Positions 25,465-36,862 of a stretch of DNA of 64,000 nucleotides are shown piece by piece. A model generated the notes under the pieces. The model searched no databases, was not told the DNA's origin, and saw only the letters and a program-made list of their open reading frames with translations. Within the stretch, counting starts at the first letter, position 1. Each line of letters begins with the position of its first letter. The position numbers and the translations under genes were made by a program. The stretch is from assembly GCF_058153355.1 (NCBI RefSeq), contig NZ_CM177019.1; one strand, written 5' to 3'.

Positions 25465-27003
25465 ATGCAACAACCTGTAGTTCGCGTTGGCGAATGGCTT
25501 GTTACTCCGTCCATAAACCAAATTAGCCGCAATGGGCGTCAACTTACCCTTGAGCCGAGATTAATCGATCTTCTGGTTTTCTTTGCTCAACACAGTGGCG
25601 AAGTACTTAGCAGGGATGAACTTATCGATAATGTCTGGAAGAGAAGTATTGTCACCAATCACGTTGTGACGCAGAGTATCTCAGAACTACGTAAGTCATT
25701 AAAAGATAATGATGAAGATAGTCCTGTCTATATCGCTACTGTACCAAAGCGCGGCTATAAATTAATGGTGCCGGTTATCTGGTACAGCGAAGAAGAGGGA
25801 GAGGAAATAATGCTATCTTCGCCTCCCCCTATACCAGAGGCGGTTCCTGACACAGATTCTCCCTCCCAAAGTCTTAACATTCAAAACACCGCAACACCAC
25901 CTGAACAATCCCCAGTTAAAAGCAAACGATTCACTACCTTTTGGGTATGGTTTTTTTTCCTGTTGTCGTTAGGTATCTGTGTAGCACTGGTAGCGTTTTC
26001 AAGTCTTGATACACGTCTTCCTATGAGCAAATCGCGTATTTTGCTCAATCCACGCGATATTGACATTAATATGGTAAATAAAAGTTGTAACAGCTGGAGT
26101 TCCCCGTATCAGCTCTCTTACGCGATAGGCGTGGGTGATTTGGTGGCGACATCACTTAACACCTTCTCCACCTTTATGGTGCATGACAAAATCAACTACA
26201 ACATTGATGAACCGAGCAGTTCCGGTAAAACATTATCTATTGCGTTTGTTAATCAGCGCCAATACCGTGCTCAACAATGCTTTATGTCGGTAAAATTGGT
26301 AGACAATGCAGATGGTTCAACCATGCTGGATAAACGTTATGTCATCACTAACGGTAATCAGCTGGCGATTCAAAATGATTTACTGGAGAGTTTATCAAAA
26401 GCGTTAAACCAACCGTGGCCACAACGAATGCAGGAGATGCTCCAGCAAATTTTGCCTCATCGTGGTGCGTTATTAACTAATTTTTATCAGGCACATGATT
26501 ATTTACTGCATGGCGATGATAAATCATTGAACCGTGCCAGTGAATTACTAGGTGAGATTGTTCAATCATCCCCCGAATTTACCTACGCGAGAGCAGAAAA
26601 AGCATTAGTTGATATCGTGCGCCATTCTCAACATCCTTTAGATGAAAAACAATTAGCAGCACTGAATACAGAAATAGATAACATTGTTACACTGCCGGAA
26701 TTGAACAACCTGTCCATTATATATCAAATAAAAGCGGTCAGTGCTCTGGTAAAAGGTAAAACAGATGAGTCTTACCAGGCGATAAATACTGGCATTGATC
26801 TTGAAATGTCCTGGCTAAATTATGTGTTGCTTGGCAAGGTTTATGAAATGAAGGGGATGAACCGGGAAGCAGCTGATGCATATCTCACCGCCTTTAATTT
26901 ACGCCCAGGGGCAAACACCCTTTACTGGATTGAAAATGGTATATTCCAGACTTCTGTTCCTTATGTTGTACCTTATCTCGACAAATTTCTCGCCTCAGAA
27001 TAA
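25465..27003 (+). CDS. cadC: Membrane-integrated pH-responsive transcriptional activator CadC (ToxR-like)
   Basis: 512-aa ORF MQQPVVRVGEWLVTPSINQISRNGRQLTLEPRLIDLLVFF… winged-helix OmpR-like N-domain, single TM, periplasmic sensor. Confidence 0.97.
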   Translation: MQQPVVRVGEWLVTPSINQISRNGRQLTLEPRLIDLLVFFAQHSGEVLSRDELIDNVWKRSIVTNHVVTQSISELRKSLKDNDEDSPVYIATVPKRGYKLMVPVIWYSEEEGEEIMLSSPPPIPEAVPDTDSPSQSLNIQNTATPPEQSPVKSKRFTTFWVWFFFLLSLGICVALVAFSSLDTRLPMSKSRILLNPRDIDINMVNKSCNSWSSPYQLSYAIGVGDLVATSLNTFSTFMVHDKINYNIDEPSSSGKTLSIAFVNQRQYRAQQCFMSVKLVDNADGSTMLDKRYVITNGNQLAIQNDLLESLSKALNQPWPQRMQEMLQQILPHRGALLTNFYQAHDYLLHGDDKSLNRASELLGEIVQSSPEFTYARAEKALVDIVRHSQHPLDEKQLAALNTEIDNIVTLPELNNLSIIYQIKAVSALVKGKTDESYQAINTGIDLEMSWLNYVLLGKVYEMKGMNREAADAYLTAFNLRPGANTLYWIENGIFQTSVPYVVPYLDKFLASE

Positions 27004-27129
27004 GTGACTCCCGGGTTGACTCATGCTCGAGAATATTTGTTGTTGATTTTTTGTATGTTATTGTTGGTATAATATGTTGCGGCAATTTATTTGCCGCATA
27101 ATTTTTATCACATAAATTTAACCATGGAA

Positions 27130-27340
27130 TATTCTGCAATCTATTGTAAACATTGAATGTTTATCTTTTCATGATATCAACTTGCGATCCTGATGTGTTA
27201 ATAAAAAACCTCAAGTTCTCACTTACAGAAACTTTTGTGTTATTTCACCTAATCTTTAGGATTAATCTTTTTTTTTGAGTAATCTTGTCGCCAGTTTGGT
27301 CTGGTCAGTAAATAGTTACGCATCATGACCCGGACTCCAA
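27130..27340 (+). promoter_or_regulatory. cadBA promoter (Pcad) region with expected CadC binding sites
   Basis: AT-rich intergenic region between cadC stop and cadB start; individual sites not resolved by eye. Confidence 0.4.
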
Positions 27341-27367
27341 ATTCAAAAATGAAATTAGGAGAAGAGC

Positions 27368-28702
27368 ATGAGTTCTGCCAAGAAGATCGGGCTATTTGCC
27401 TGTACCGGTGTTGTTGCCGGTAATATGATGGGGAGCGGCATTGCATTATTGCCTGCGAACCTTGCAAGTATCGGTGGTATTGCTATCTGGGGTTGGATTA
27501 TCTCTATTATTGGTGCAATGTCGTTGGCTTATGTATATGCCCGACTGGCAACAAAAAACCCGCAACAAGGTGGCCCAATTGCTTATGCCGGAGAAATTTC
27601 TCCTGCATTTGGTTTTCAGACAGGTGTTCTTTATTACCATGCTAACTGGATTGGTAACCTGGCGATTGGTATTACCGCTGTATCTTATCTTTCCACCTTC
27701 TTCCCTGTATTAAATGATCCTGTTCCGGCGGGTATCGCTTGTATTGCTATCGTCTGGGTATTTACCTTTGTAAATATGCTCGGCGGTACCTGGGTAAGCC
27801 GTTTAACCACTATTGGTCTGGTGCTGGTTCTTATTCCTGTAGTTATGACTGCTATTGTTGGCTGGCATTGGTTTGATGCTGCAACTTATGCTGCTAACTG
27901 GAATACCGCAGGTACTACTGATGGTCATGCGATCATTAAAAGTATTCTGCTCTGCCTGTGGGCCTTCGTGGGTGTTGAATCCGCAGCGGTAAGTACTGGT
28001 ATGGTTAAAAACCCGAAACGTACCGTTCCGCTGGCAACCATGCTGGGTACTGGTTTAGCAGGTATTGTTTACATCGCTGCGACTCAGGTGCTTTCCGGTA
28101 TGTATCCGTCTTCTGTAATGGCAGGCTCCGGTGCTCCGTTTGCAATCAGTGCTTCTACTATCCTGGGTAACTGGGCTGCGCCGATGGTTTCTGCATTCAC
28201 CGCTTTTGCGTGCCTGACTTCTCTGGGCTCCTGGATGATGCTGGTAGGTCAGGCAGGTGTGCGTGCCGCTAACGACGGTAACTTCCCGAAAGTTTATGGT
28301 GAAGTCGACAGCAACGGTATTCCGAAAAAAGGTCTGCTGCTGGCTGCAGTGAAAATGACTGCCCTGATGATCCTCATCACTCTGATGAACTCTGCCGGTG
28401 GTAAAGCATCTGACCTGTTCGGTGAACTGACCGGTATCGCAGTACTGCTGACTATGCTGCCGTACTTCTACTCTTGCGTTGACCTGATTCGTTTTGAAGG
28501 CGTTAACATCCGCAACTTTGTCAGCCTGATCTGCTCTGTACTGGGTTGCGTGTTCTGCTTCATCGCGCTAATGGGCGCAAGCTCCTTCGAGCTGGCAGGT
28601 ACCTTCATCGTCAGCCTGATTATCCTGATGTTCTACGCTCGCAAAATGCACGAGCGCCAGAGCCACTCAATGGATAACCACACAGCGTCTAACGCACATT
28701 AA
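27368..28702 (+). CDS. cadB: Lysine:cadaverine antiporter CadB
   Basis: 444-aa APC-family [37 protein letters not shown]…. Confidence 0.97.
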   Translation: MSSAKKIGLFACTGVVAGNMMGSGIALLPANLASIGGIAIWGWIISIIGAMSLAYVYARLATKNPQQGGPIAYAGEISPAFGFQTGVLYYHANWIGNLAIGITAVSYLSTFFPVLNDPVPAGIACIAIVWVFTFVNMLGGTWVSRLTTIGLVLVLIPVVMTAIVGWHWFDAATYAANWNTAGTTDGHAIIKSILLCLWAFVGVESAAVSTGMVKNPKRTVPLATMLGTGLAGIVYIAATQVLSGMYPSSVMAGSGAPFAISASTILGNWAAPMVSAFTAFACLTSLGSWMMLVGQAGVRAANDGNFPKVYGEVDSNGIPKKGLLLAAVKMTALMILITLMNSAGGKASDLFGELTGIAVLLTMLPYFYSCVDLIRFEGVNIRNFVSLICSVLGCVFCFIALMGASSFELAGTFIVSLIILMFYARKMHERQSHSMDNHTASNAH

Positions 28703-28781
28703 TTAAAAGTATTTTCCGAGGCTCCTCCTTTCATTTTGTCCCATGTGTTGGGAGGGGCCTTTTTTACCTGGAGATATGACT

Positions 28782-30929
28782 ATGAACGTTATTGCAATAT
28801 TGAATCACATGGGGGTTTATTTTAAAGAAGAACCCATCCGTGAACTTCATCGCGCGCTTGAACGTCTGAACTTCCAGATTGTTTACCCGAATGACCGTGA
28901 CGACTTATTAAAACTGATCGAAAACAATGCGCGTCTGTGCGGTGTTATTTTTGACTGGGATAAATATAATCTCGAGCTGTGCGAAGAAATTAGCAAAATG
29001 AACGAGAACCTGCCGTTGTACGCGTTCGCTAATACGTATTCCACTCTCGATGTCAGCCTGAATGACCTGCGTTTACAGATTAGCTTCTTTGAATATGCGC
29101 TGGGTGCTGCTGATGATATTGCTAACAAGATCAAGCAGACCACTGACGAATATATCAACACTATTCTGCCTCCGCTGACCAAAGCACTGTTTAAATATGT
29201 TCGTGAAGGTAAATATACTTTCTGTACTCCTGGTCACATGGGCGGTACTGCATTCCAGAAAAGCCCGGTAGGTAGCCTGTTCTATGATTTCTTTGGTCCG
29301 AACACCATGAAATCTGATATTTCCATTTCAGTATCTGAATTGGGTTCTCTGCTGGATCACAGCGGTCCGCACAAAGAAGCAGAACAGTACATCGCTCGCG
29401 TATTTAACGCAGATCGCAGCTACATGGTGACCAACGGTACTTCCACTGCGAACAAAATTGTTGGTATGTACTCTGCTCCGGCAGGCAGCACCATTCTGAT
29501 TGACCGTAACTGCCACAAATCGCTGACCCACCTGATGATGATGAGCGATGTTACGCCAATCTATTTCCGCCCGACCCGTAACGCTTACGGTATTCTTGGT
29601 GGTATCCCACAGAGTGAATTCCAGCACGCTACCATTGCTAAGCGCGTAAAAGAAACACCAAACGCGACCTGGCCGGTACATGCCGTAATTACTAACTCTA
29701 CCTATGATGGCCTGCTGTACAACACCGACTTCATCAAGAAAACACTGGATGTAAAATCCATCCACTTTGACTCCGCGTGGGTGCCTTACACCAACTTCTC
29801 ACCGATTTACGAAGGTAAATGCGGTATGAGCGGTGGCCGTGTAGAAGGGAAAGTGATTTACGAAACCCAGTCTACTCACAAACTGCTGGCGGCGTTCTCT
29901 CAGGCTTCCATGATCCACGTTAAAGGTGATGTAAACGAAGAAACCTTTAACGAAGCCTACATGATGCACACCACCACTTCTCCGCACTACGGTATCGTGG
30001 CGTCCACTGAAACCGCTGCGGCGATGATGAAAGGTAATGCTGGTAAGCGTCTGATCAACGGTTCCATTGAACGTGCGATCAAGTTCCGTAAAGAGATCAA
30101 ACGCCTGAGAACGGAATCTGATGGCTGGTTCTTTGATGTATGGCAGCCGGATCATATCGATACCACTGAATGCTGGCCGCTGCGTTCTGACAGCTCCTGG
30201 CACGGCTTCAAGAACATCGACAATGAGCACATGTATCTTGACCCGATTAAAGTCACCCTGCTGACCCCGGGGATGGAAAAAGACGGCACCATGAGCGACT
30301 TTGGTATTCCGGCCAGCATCGTGGCGAAATACCTCGACGAACATGGCATCGTTGTTGAGAAAACCGGCCCGTATAACCTGCTGTTCCTGTTCAGCATCGG
30401 TATTGATAAGACCAAAGCATTGAGCCTGCTGCGTGCTCTGACTGACTTCAAACGTGCGTTCGACCTGAACCTGCGTGTGAAAAACATGCTGCCGTCTCTG
30501 TATCGTGAAGATCCTGAATTCTATGAAGATATGCGTATTCAGGAACTGGCTCAGAATATCCACAAACTGATTGTTCACCACAATCTGCCGGATCTGATGT
30601 ATCGCGCATTTGAAGTTCTGCCGACAATGGTTATGACTCCGTATGCGGCGTTCCAGAAAGAGCTGCACGGTATGACCGAAGAAGTTTACCTCGACGAAAT
30701 GGTAGGTCGTATTAACGCCAATATGATCCTTCCGTATCCGCCGGGAGTTCCTCTGGTAATGCCGGGTGAAATGATCACCGAAGAAAGCCGTCCGGTGCTG
30801 GAGTTCCTGCAGATGCTGTGTGAAATCGGCGCTCACTATCCGGGCTTTGAAACCGATATTCACGGTGCATACCGTCAGGCTGATGGCCGCTATACCGTTA
30901 AGGTATTGAAAGAAGAAAGCAAAAAATAA
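28782..30929 (+). CDS. cadA: Inducible lysine decarboxylase CadA (715 aa)
   Basis: MNVIAILNHMGVYFKEEPIREL…; PLP-lysine motif STHKLL; ORF-track frame trimmed to this Met. Confidence 0.98.
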   Translation: MNVIAILNHMGVYFKEEPIRELHRALERLNFQIVYPNDRDDLLKLIENNARLCGVIFDWDKYNLELCEEISKMNENLPLYAFANTYSTLDVSLNDLRLQISFFEYALGAADDIANKIKQTTDEYINTILPPLTKALFKYVREGKYTFCTPGHMGGTAFQKSPVGSLFYDFFGPNTMKSDISISVSELGSLLDHSGPHKEAEQYIARVFNADRSYMVTNGTSTANKIVGMYSAPAGSTILIDRNCHKSLTHLMMMSDVTPIYFRPTRNAYGILGGIPQSEFQHATIAKRVKETPNATWPVHAVITNSTYDGLLYNTDFIKKTLDVKSIHFDSAWVPYTNFSPIYEGKCGMSGGRVEGKVIYETQSTHKLLAAFSQASMIHVKGDVNEETFNEAYMMHTTTSPHYGIVASTETAAAMMKGNAGKRLINGSIERAIKFRKEIKRLRTESDGWFFDVWQPDHIDTTECWPLRSDSSWHGFKNIDNEHMYLDPIKVTLLTPGMEKDGTMSDFGIPASIVAKYLDEHGIVVEKTGPYNLLFLFSIGIDKTKALSLLRALTDFKRAFDLNLRVKNMLPSLYREDPEFYEDMRIQELAQNIHKLIVHHNLPDLMYRAFEVLPTMVMTPYAAFQKELHGMTEEVYLDEMVGRINANMILPYPPGVPLVMPGEMITEESRPVLEFLQMLCEIGAHYPGFETDIHGAYRQADGRYTVKVLKEESKK

Positions 30930-30942
30930 TTAGCTCGTACAA

Positions 30943-30970
30943 GGGAAGTGGCTTGCCACTTCCCTTTTTT
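30943..30970 (+). terminator. cadBA rho-independent terminator
   Basis: GGGAAGTGGC-TTGC-CACTTCCC hairpin followed by TTTTTTG. Confidence 0.85.
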
Positions 30971-30987
30971 GCTCATAAGGAGAACAC

Positions 30988-32445
30988 ATGAAAACACCCT
31001 CACAGCCGCGCGCGATATACTATATCGTGGCGATCCAAATCTGGGAGTACTTCAGTTTTTACGGCATGCGTGCCTTACTCATTCTCTATCTCACCCATCA
31101 GCTTGGTTTTGATGATAACCATGCCATCAGCCTGTTCAGCGCATATGCATCTCTGGTTTACGTTACCCCTATTCTCGGCGGCTGGCTTGCCGACCGCCTG
31201 CTCGGCAATCGTACTGCGGTAATTGCCGGCGCGCTGTTAATGACCCTTGGCCATGTAGTGCTGGGCATTGATACAAATTCAACCTTTAGCCTGTATCTGG
31301 CGCTGGCAATCATTATTTGTGGCTACGGTTTATTCAAATCAAACATCAGCTGTTTGCTTGGCGAGCTCTACGACGAGAACGATCATCGACGTGATGGCGG
31401 TTTTTCGCTGCTGTATGCTGCGGGCAATATCGGTTCTATCGCAGCCCCCATCGCCTGCGGTCTGGCTGCTCAGTGGTATGGATGGCATGTTGGCTTTGCC
31501 CTTGCGGGTGGTGGCATGTTTATCGGTTTGTTGATTTTCTTAAGCGGTCATCGTCATTTCCAGTCAACGCGTAGTATGGATAAAAAAGCGCTCACTCGCG
31601 TGAAATTTGCCTTACCGGTATGGAGCTGGTTAGTGGTGATGCTCTGTTTAGCCCCAGTATTTTTTACCCTGCTGCTGGAGAACGACTGGTCCGGATATTT
31701 GCTGGCGATCGTTTGCCTTATTGCTGCACAAATCATTGCCCGCATGATGATCAAATTCCCCGAACACCGCCGTGCTCTTTGGCAAATTGTATTGTTGATG
31801 TTTGTCGGGACGTTGTTCTGGGTACTGGCACAACAGGGTGGCAGTACCATCAGCTTGTTTATCGATCGCTTTGTGAATCGTCAGGCATTCAATATTGAAG
31901 TACCTACTGCACTATTCCAGTCAGTGAACGCAATTGCGGTGATGCTCGCTGGGGTTGTTCTGGCCTGGCTGGCGTCGCCAGAAAGCCGCGGCAATTCAGC
32001 ATTGCGCGTCTGGCTGAAGTTTGCCTTTGGCTTACTGCTGATGGCTTGTGGCTTTATGTTGCTGGCATTTGATGCCCGACATGCAGCGGCTGGCGGTCAA
32101 GCGTCAATGGGCGTGATGATATCCGGGCTGGCGCTAATGGGCTTTGCTGAACTCTTTATTGACCCGGTGGCGATTGCGCAAATCACGCGTCTGAAAATGT
32201 CTGGCGTATTAACCGGTATTTATATGCTGGCAACAGGCGCGGTCGCCAACTGGCTGGCAGGCGTCGTGGCACAGCAGACGACAGAGTCGCAAATTAGCGG
32301 TATGGCAATTGCAGCTTACCAGCGATTCTTTTCTCAGATGGGAGAGTGGACGTTGGCTTGTGTCGCGATCATCGTGGTATTGGCCTTTGCTGTCCGTTTT
32401 CTGTTTAGCACGCCGACGAATATGATACAGGAGAGCAACGATTAA
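30988..32445 (+). CDS. dtpC: Dipeptide/tripeptide:H+ symporter DtpC (YjdL), POT family
   Basis: 485-aa [39 protein letters not shown]… (POT-family signature). Confidence 0.95.
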   Translation: MKTPSQPRAIYYIVAIQIWEYFSFYGMRALLILYLTHQLGFDDNHAISLFSAYASLVYVTPILGGWLADRLLGNRTAVIAGALLMTLGHVVLGIDTNSTFSLYLALAIIICGYGLFKSNISCLLGELYDENDHRRDGGFSLLYAAGNIGSIAAPIACGLAAQWYGWHVGFALAGGGMFIGLLIFLSGHRHFQSTRSMDKKALTRVKFALPVWSWLVVMLCLAPVFFTLLLENDWSGYLLAIVCLIAAQIIARMMIKFPEHRRALWQIVLLMFVGTLFWVLAQQGGSTISLFIDRFVNRQAFNIEVPTALFQSVNAIAVMLAGVVLAWLASPESRGNSALRVWLKFAFGLLLMACGFMLLAFDARHAAAGGQASMGVMISGLALMGFAELFIDPVAIAQITRLKMSGVLTGIYMLATGAVANWLAGVVAQQTTESQISGMAIAAYQRFFSQMGEWTLACVAIIVVLAFAVRFLFSTPTNMIQESND

Positions 32446-32681
32446 CTGTCGTAAAAACAATTGGTTATGAATAAATTAACTTTCAGTTTATCACACTAAT
32501 AAATCGAGATTAATAAGTCATTTAAACCATTTTGATGGTTATTTATTAGTGATATCAACTTGAGGTAAGCGTTAGTTTCGATAAGATAAACTGAGTTATT
32601 AATAGTCGAGGCAGATAATACAGTGTACCGATCTGTCTCTTTATCTACGCTAAATTGAAAGCTGGATTTAGAGGAACCAAA

Positions 32682-34199
32682 ATGTCTGAACGAGAAACAC
32701 GGGGAGCCAATGAGGCTATTGATTTTAACGATGAACTGAGAAATCGCCGCGAAAAACTGGCGGCACTGCGTCAGCAAGGTGTGGCGTTTCCTAATGATTT
32801 TCGCCGCGACCATACCTCTGACCAGTTGCACGAAGAGTTTGATGCGAAGGATAACCAGGAACTGGAATCCTTAAACATTGAAGTCTCGGTTGCTGGCCGA
32901 ATGATGACCCGTCGTATCATGGGGAAAGCCTCCTTTGTAACGTTGCAGGATGTCGGTGGCCGTATTCAACTGTACGTTGCACGAGATAGCCTGCCAGAAG
33001 GTGTTTATAACGATCAGTTTAAAAAATGGGACCTCGGCGACATTATCGGTGCCCGCGGTACGCTGTTTAAGACGCAAACTGGTGAGCTTTCCATTCACTG
33101 TACTGAGTTACGCCTGCTGACTAAGGCACTGCGTCCATTGCCGGATAAATTCCATGGCTTACAGGATCAGGAAGTCCGTTATCGTCAACGTTATCTGGAC
33201 CTCATCGCTAACGATAAATCCCGTCAAACGTTTGTTGTCCGTTCAAAAATTCTGGCCGCTATCCGTCAGTTCATGGTCGCTCGCGGTTTTATGGAAGTAG
33301 AAACCCCAATGATGCAGGTAATTCCAGGTGGGGCATCTGCTCGCCCGTTTATTACCCATCATAATGCTCTGGATTTGGATATGTACCTGCGTATTGCGCC
33401 GGAGCTATATCTGAAACGTCTGGTTGTAGGTGGTTTTGAACGGGTATTCGAAATCAACCGTAACTTCCGTAATGAAGGTATTTCTGTTCGTCATAATCCT
33501 GAGTTCACGATGATGGAACTCTACATGGCGTATGCGGATTACCACGATTTGATTGAACTGACGGAATCACTGTTCCGCACTCTGGCACAAGAGGTACTGG
33601 GTACCACTAAAGTCACTTATGGCGAGCATGTGTTTGATTTCGGCAAACCGTTTGAAAAACTCACCATGCGCGAAGCAATCAAAAAATATCGTCCAGAAAC
33701 CGATATGGCGGACCTGGATAATTTTGATGCTGCTAAAGCATTAGCTGAATCTATCGGAATTACGGTAGAGAAAAGCTGGGGGCTGGGACGCATTGTCACG
33801 GAGATCTTTGATGAAGTGGCAGAAGCACATCTGATTCAGCCAACCTTTATCACGGAATATCCGGCAGAAGTGTCACCGCTGGCGCGCCGTAATGATGTTA
33901 ACCCGGAAATCACCGACCGTTTTGAATTCTTCATCGGTGGTCGTGAAATCGGTAATGGTTTTAGCGAATTAAACGACGCAGAAGATCAGGCTGAACGTTT
34001 CCAGGAACAGGTTAACGCTAAAGCTGCAGGTGACGACGAAGCCATGTTCTATGACGAAGATTACGTGACTGCGCTGGAATATGGTCTGCCGCCAACCGCG
34101 GGTCTGGGTATTGGTATCGACCGAATGATTATGCTGTTTACTAACAGTCATACTATTCGCGACGTTATTCTCTTCCCGGCGATGCGTCCACAGAAATAA
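32682..34199 (+). CDS. lysU: Lysyl-tRNA synthetase, heat-inducible isoform LysU (505 aa)
   Basis: [33 protein letters not shown]…; class II aaRS motifs; assigned to lysU rather than lysS by synteny with cadA/dtpC. Confidence 0.95.
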   Translation: MSERETRGANEAIDFNDELRNRREKLAALRQQGVAFPNDFRRDHTSDQLHEEFDAKDNQELESLNIEVSVAGRMMTRRIMGKASFVTLQDVGGRIQLYVARDSLPEGVYNDQFKKWDLGDIIGARGTLFKTQTGELSIHCTELRLLTKALRPLPDKFHGLQDQEVRYRQRYLDLIANDKSRQTFVVRSKILAAIRQFMVARGFMEVETPMMQVIPGGASARPFITHHNALDLDMYLRIAPELYLKRLVVGGFERVFEINRNFRNEGISVRHNPEFTMMELYMAYADYHDLIELTESLFRTLAQEVLGTTKVTYGEHVFDFGKPFEKLTMREAIKKYRPETDMADLDNFDAAKALAESIGITVEKSWGLGRIVTEIFDEVAEAHLIQPTFITEYPAEVSPLARRNDVNPEITDRFEFFIGGREIGNGFSELNDAEDQAERFQEQVNAKAAGDDEAMFYDEDYVTALEYGLPPTAGLGIGIDRMIMLFTNSHTIRDVILFPAMRPQK

Positions 34200-34209
34200 A
34201 TTTCATTTT

Positions 34210-34244
34210 AACGAACGAAGCAGTCAGACGACTGCTTCGTTCGT
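34210..34244. terminator. Perfect 16-bp-stem hairpin between convergent lysU and ghoT; probable bidirectional terminator
   Basis: AACGAACGAAGCAGTC-AGA-CGACTGCTTCGTTCGT inverted repeat. Confidence 0.6.
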
Positions 34245-34317
34245 CGTTCCACAAATCCAGTTTCGAGGAGAGACGCTTCGTTTCAAGATAACCAGCGGGT
34301 CCACTCAACTACAGCTC

Positions 34318-34423
34318 CTAAAAGAGAGAAAAAAGTAATGCCACAGGCAGGCTCATTGGCCAGGTTATTCCGACCAGGAATGCACTAAGTAAACGAATAT
34401 GTGTTTTCTCATGTGAGATAAAC
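34318..34423 (-). pseudogene. ghoT: ghoT 3' fragment (codons ~24-57 plus stop) separated from its 5' part by the IS66-family insertion
   Basis: Minus-strand translation …SHEKTHIRLLSAFLVGITWPMSLPVALLFSLF* continues in frame from the fragment at 36893-36968 once the IS and one copy of the 8-bp duplication are removed. Confidence 0.85.
34416..34423. repeat. Target-site duplication AGATAAAC (left copy) of the IS66-family insertion
   Basis: Identical 8-mer directly flanks both ends of the element (34416-34423 and 36893-36900). Confidence 0.9.
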
Positions 34424-34498
34424 GTAAGCGTCTTATCAGGACCGTCTGGCAAATTCCCGATGCTTTGGACAAAGTATCCACCACTAAATTAATAGTGG

Positions 34499-34927
34499 GT
34501 GATAAAAATGTCAGATATACAAAAAAATGCCTCTCCGGGAAGGCCTAAAGGGTGCCTGAATTATCCTCCTGAATTCAAACAACGACTCATAGAAGCATCA
34601 TTCCAGCCAGGTGTTTCAATTTCCAGACTGGCCCTGGACAATGGTATTAATGCCAATCTGTTGTTCAAATGGCGTCAGAAATGGCGGCAGGGGAAGATAA
34701 AATTGCCATCATCAGAATCAGGCAGAGAATCTCAGTTAATTCCTGTCACTATTGATGCCCAACTCCCAACTGCTCCGGCTAATGAGCCACTGACCGCAAG
34801 ACCGTCAGTAACACCGGAAATACACAGCATCTCCTGTGAGATTACGTTCAGAAACGGCACCCTTCGGTTGAACGGGGCAGTGAATGAAAATCTGCTGTCC
34901 TTGCTTATACAGGAGCTGAGACGGTGA
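34499..34927 (+). CDS. tnpA: IS66-family accessory protein TnpA (OrfA)
   Basis: 142-aa ORF MIKMSDIQKNASPGRPKGCLNYPPEFKQRLIEASFQPGVSISRLALDNGINANLLFKWRQKWRQG… (HTH-like); the true start may be the Met at 34508. Confidence 0.85.
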   Translation: MIKMSDIQKNASPGRPKGCLNYPPEFKQRLIEASFQPGVSISRLALDNGINANLLFKWRQKWRQGKIKLPSSESGRESQLIPVTIDAQLPTAPANEPLTARPSVTPEIHSISCEITFRNGTLRLNGAVNENLLSLLIQELRR

Positions 34928-35271
34928 TATCTCTCCCTGCAGGTTCGCGTATCTGGCTGGTTGCAGGTATCACCGATATGCGAAATGGCTTTAACGGCCT
35001 GGCCTCAAAAGTTCAGAACGTCCTGAAGGATGACCCGTTCTCCGGGCATCTGTTCATCTTCCGCGGACGCCGGGGTGACCAGATAAAAGTGTTGTGGGCT
35101 GACAGTGACGGACTGTGCCTCTTCACCAGACGCCTGGAGCGGGGCCGCTTCGTCTGGCCGGTCACCCGTGACGGCAAGGTGCACCTTACTCCGGCCCAGT
35201 TATCCATGCTTCTTGAGGGCATCGACTGGAAACACCCGAAACGAACGGAACGCGCTGGCATCCGCATATAA
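34924..35271 (+). CDS. tnpB: IS66-family TnpB (OrfB)
   Basis: 115-aa ORF MISLPAGSRIWLVAGITDMRNGFNGLASKVQNVLKDDPFSGHLFIFRGRRGDQIKVLWADSDGLCLF…; GTG start overlapping tnpA stop by 4 bp. Confidence 0.85.
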   Translation: MISLPAGSRIWLVAGITDMRNGFNGLASKVQNVLKDDPFSGHLFIFRGRRGDQIKVLWADSDGLCLFTRRLERGRFVWPVTRDGKVHLTPAQLSMLLEGIDWKHPKRTERAGIRI

Positions 35272-35290
35272 CCCGTTGTAAAGTGAGGAT

Positions 35291-36862
35291 ATGGACACCT
35301 CACTTGCTCATGAGAATGCCCGCCTGCGGGCACTGTTGCAGACGCAACAGGACACCATCCGCCAGATGGCGAAATACAACCGCCTGCTCTCACAGCGGGT
35401 GGCGGCTTATGCTTCCGAAATCAACCGGCTGAAGGCGCTGGTTGCAAAACTGCAGCGCATGCAGTTCGGTAAAAGCTCAGAAAAACTTCGTGCAAAAACC
35501 GAACGGCAGATACAGGAAGCACAGGAGCGAATCAGCGCTCTTCAGGAAGAAATGGCGGAAACGCTGGGTGAGCAATATGACCCGGTACTGCCATCTCCCC
35601 TGCGCCAGTCTTCAGCCCGTAAACCGTTACCTGCCTCACTTCCCCGTGAAACCCGGGTCATCCGTCCGGAAGAGGAATGCTGCCCGGCCTGTGGTGGCGA
35701 ACTCAGTTCTCTGGGATGTGATGTGTCAGAGCAACTGGAGCTTATCAGCAGCGCCTTTAAGGTTATCGAAACACAACGTCCGAAACTGGCCTGTTGCCGG
35801 TGCGACCATATCGTGCAGGCTCCGGTGCCTTCAAAACCCATTGCACGCAGTTATGCCGGAGCGGGGCTTCTGGCCCATGTTGTCGCTGGAAAATATGCAG
35901 ACCATCTGCCGTTATACCGCCAGTCAGAAATATACCGTCGTCAGGGCGTGGAGCTGAGCCGTGCCACACTGGGGCGCTGGACAGGTGCTGTTGCTGAACT
36001 GCTGGAACCGCTGTATGACATCCTGCGCCAGTATGTGCTGATGCCCGGTAAAGTCCATGCCGATGATATCCCCGTTCCGGTCCAGGAGCCGGGCAGCGGT
36101 AAAACAAGGACTGCCCGGCTGTGGGTCTACGTTCGTGATGACCGTAACGCCGGTTCGGAAATGCCTCCGGCGGTCTGGTTCGCGTACAGCCCGGACCGGA
36201 AAGGTATCCATCCACAGAATCATCTGGCCGGTTACAGCGGAGTGCTTCAGGCCGATGCTTACGGTGGTTACCGGGCGTTGTACGAATCCGGCAGAATAAC
36301 GGAAGCCGCATGTATGGCTCATGCCCGGAGAAAAATCCACGATGTGCATGCAAGAGTGCCCACCGACATCACCACGGAAGCCCTGCAGCGTATCGGTGAA
36401 CTGTATGCCATCGAGGCAGAGGTCCGGGGCTGTTCAGCAGAACAGCGTCTGGCGGCAAGAAAAGCCAGAGCCGCGCCACTGATGCAGTCACTGTATGACT
36501 GGATACAGCAACAGATGAAAACACTGTCGCGTCACTCGGACACGGCAAAAGCGTTCGCATACCTGCTGAAACAGTGGGATGCACTGAACGTGTACTGCAG
36601 TAATGGCTGGGTGGAAATCGACAACAACATCGCAGAGAACGCCTTACGGGGAGTGGCCGTAGGCCGGAAAAACTGGCTCTTCGCGGGTTCTGACAGCGGT
36701 GGTGAACATGCTGCGGTGTTGTACTCGCTGATCGGCACATGCCGTCTGAACAATGTGGAGCCAGAAAAGTGGCTGCGTTACGTCATTGAACATATCCAGG
36801 ACTGGCCGGCAAACCGGGTACGCGATCTGTTGCCCTGGAAAGTTGATCTGAGCTCTCAGTAA
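35291..36862 (+). CDS. tnpC: IS66-family DDE transposase TnpC
   Basis: 523-aa ORF with N-terminal coiled-coil/leucine-zipper region, Cys pairs CPACGG…CCRCDH and a DDE-type core. Confidence 0.88.
   Translation: MDTSLAHENARLRALLQTQQDTIRQMAKYNRLLSQRVAAYASEINRLKALVAKLQRMQFGKSSEKLRAKTERQIQEAQERISALQEEMAETLGEQYDPVLPSPLRQSSARKPLPASLPRETRVIRPEEECCPACGGELSSLGCDVSEQLELISSAFKVIETQRPKLACCRCDHIVQAPVPSKPIARSYAGAGLLAHVVAGKYADHLPLYRQSEIYRRQGVELSRATLGRWTGAVAELLEPLYDILRQYVLMPGKVHADDIPVPVQEPGSGKTRTARLWVYVRDDRNAGSEMPPAVWFAYSPDRKGIHPQNHLAGYSGVLQADAYGGYRALYESGRITEAACMAHARRKIHDVHARVPTDITTEALQRIGELYAIEAEVRGCSAEQRLAARKARAAPLMQSLYDWIQQQMKTLSRHSDTAKAFAYLLKQWDALNVYCSNGWVEIDNNIAENALRGVAVGRKNWLFAGSDSGGEHAAVLYSLIGTCRLNNVEPEKWLRYVIEHIQDWPANRVRDLLPWKVDLSSQ

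Noticed and set aside
35763-36353. 196-codon and 141-codon ORFs antisense to IS66 tnpC, and other 60-130 codon ORFs inside mscM, frdA, dcuA, dsbD and eptA
   Set aside because: They are embedded in or opposite well-supported genes and have no independent signals. They are treated as non-coding.
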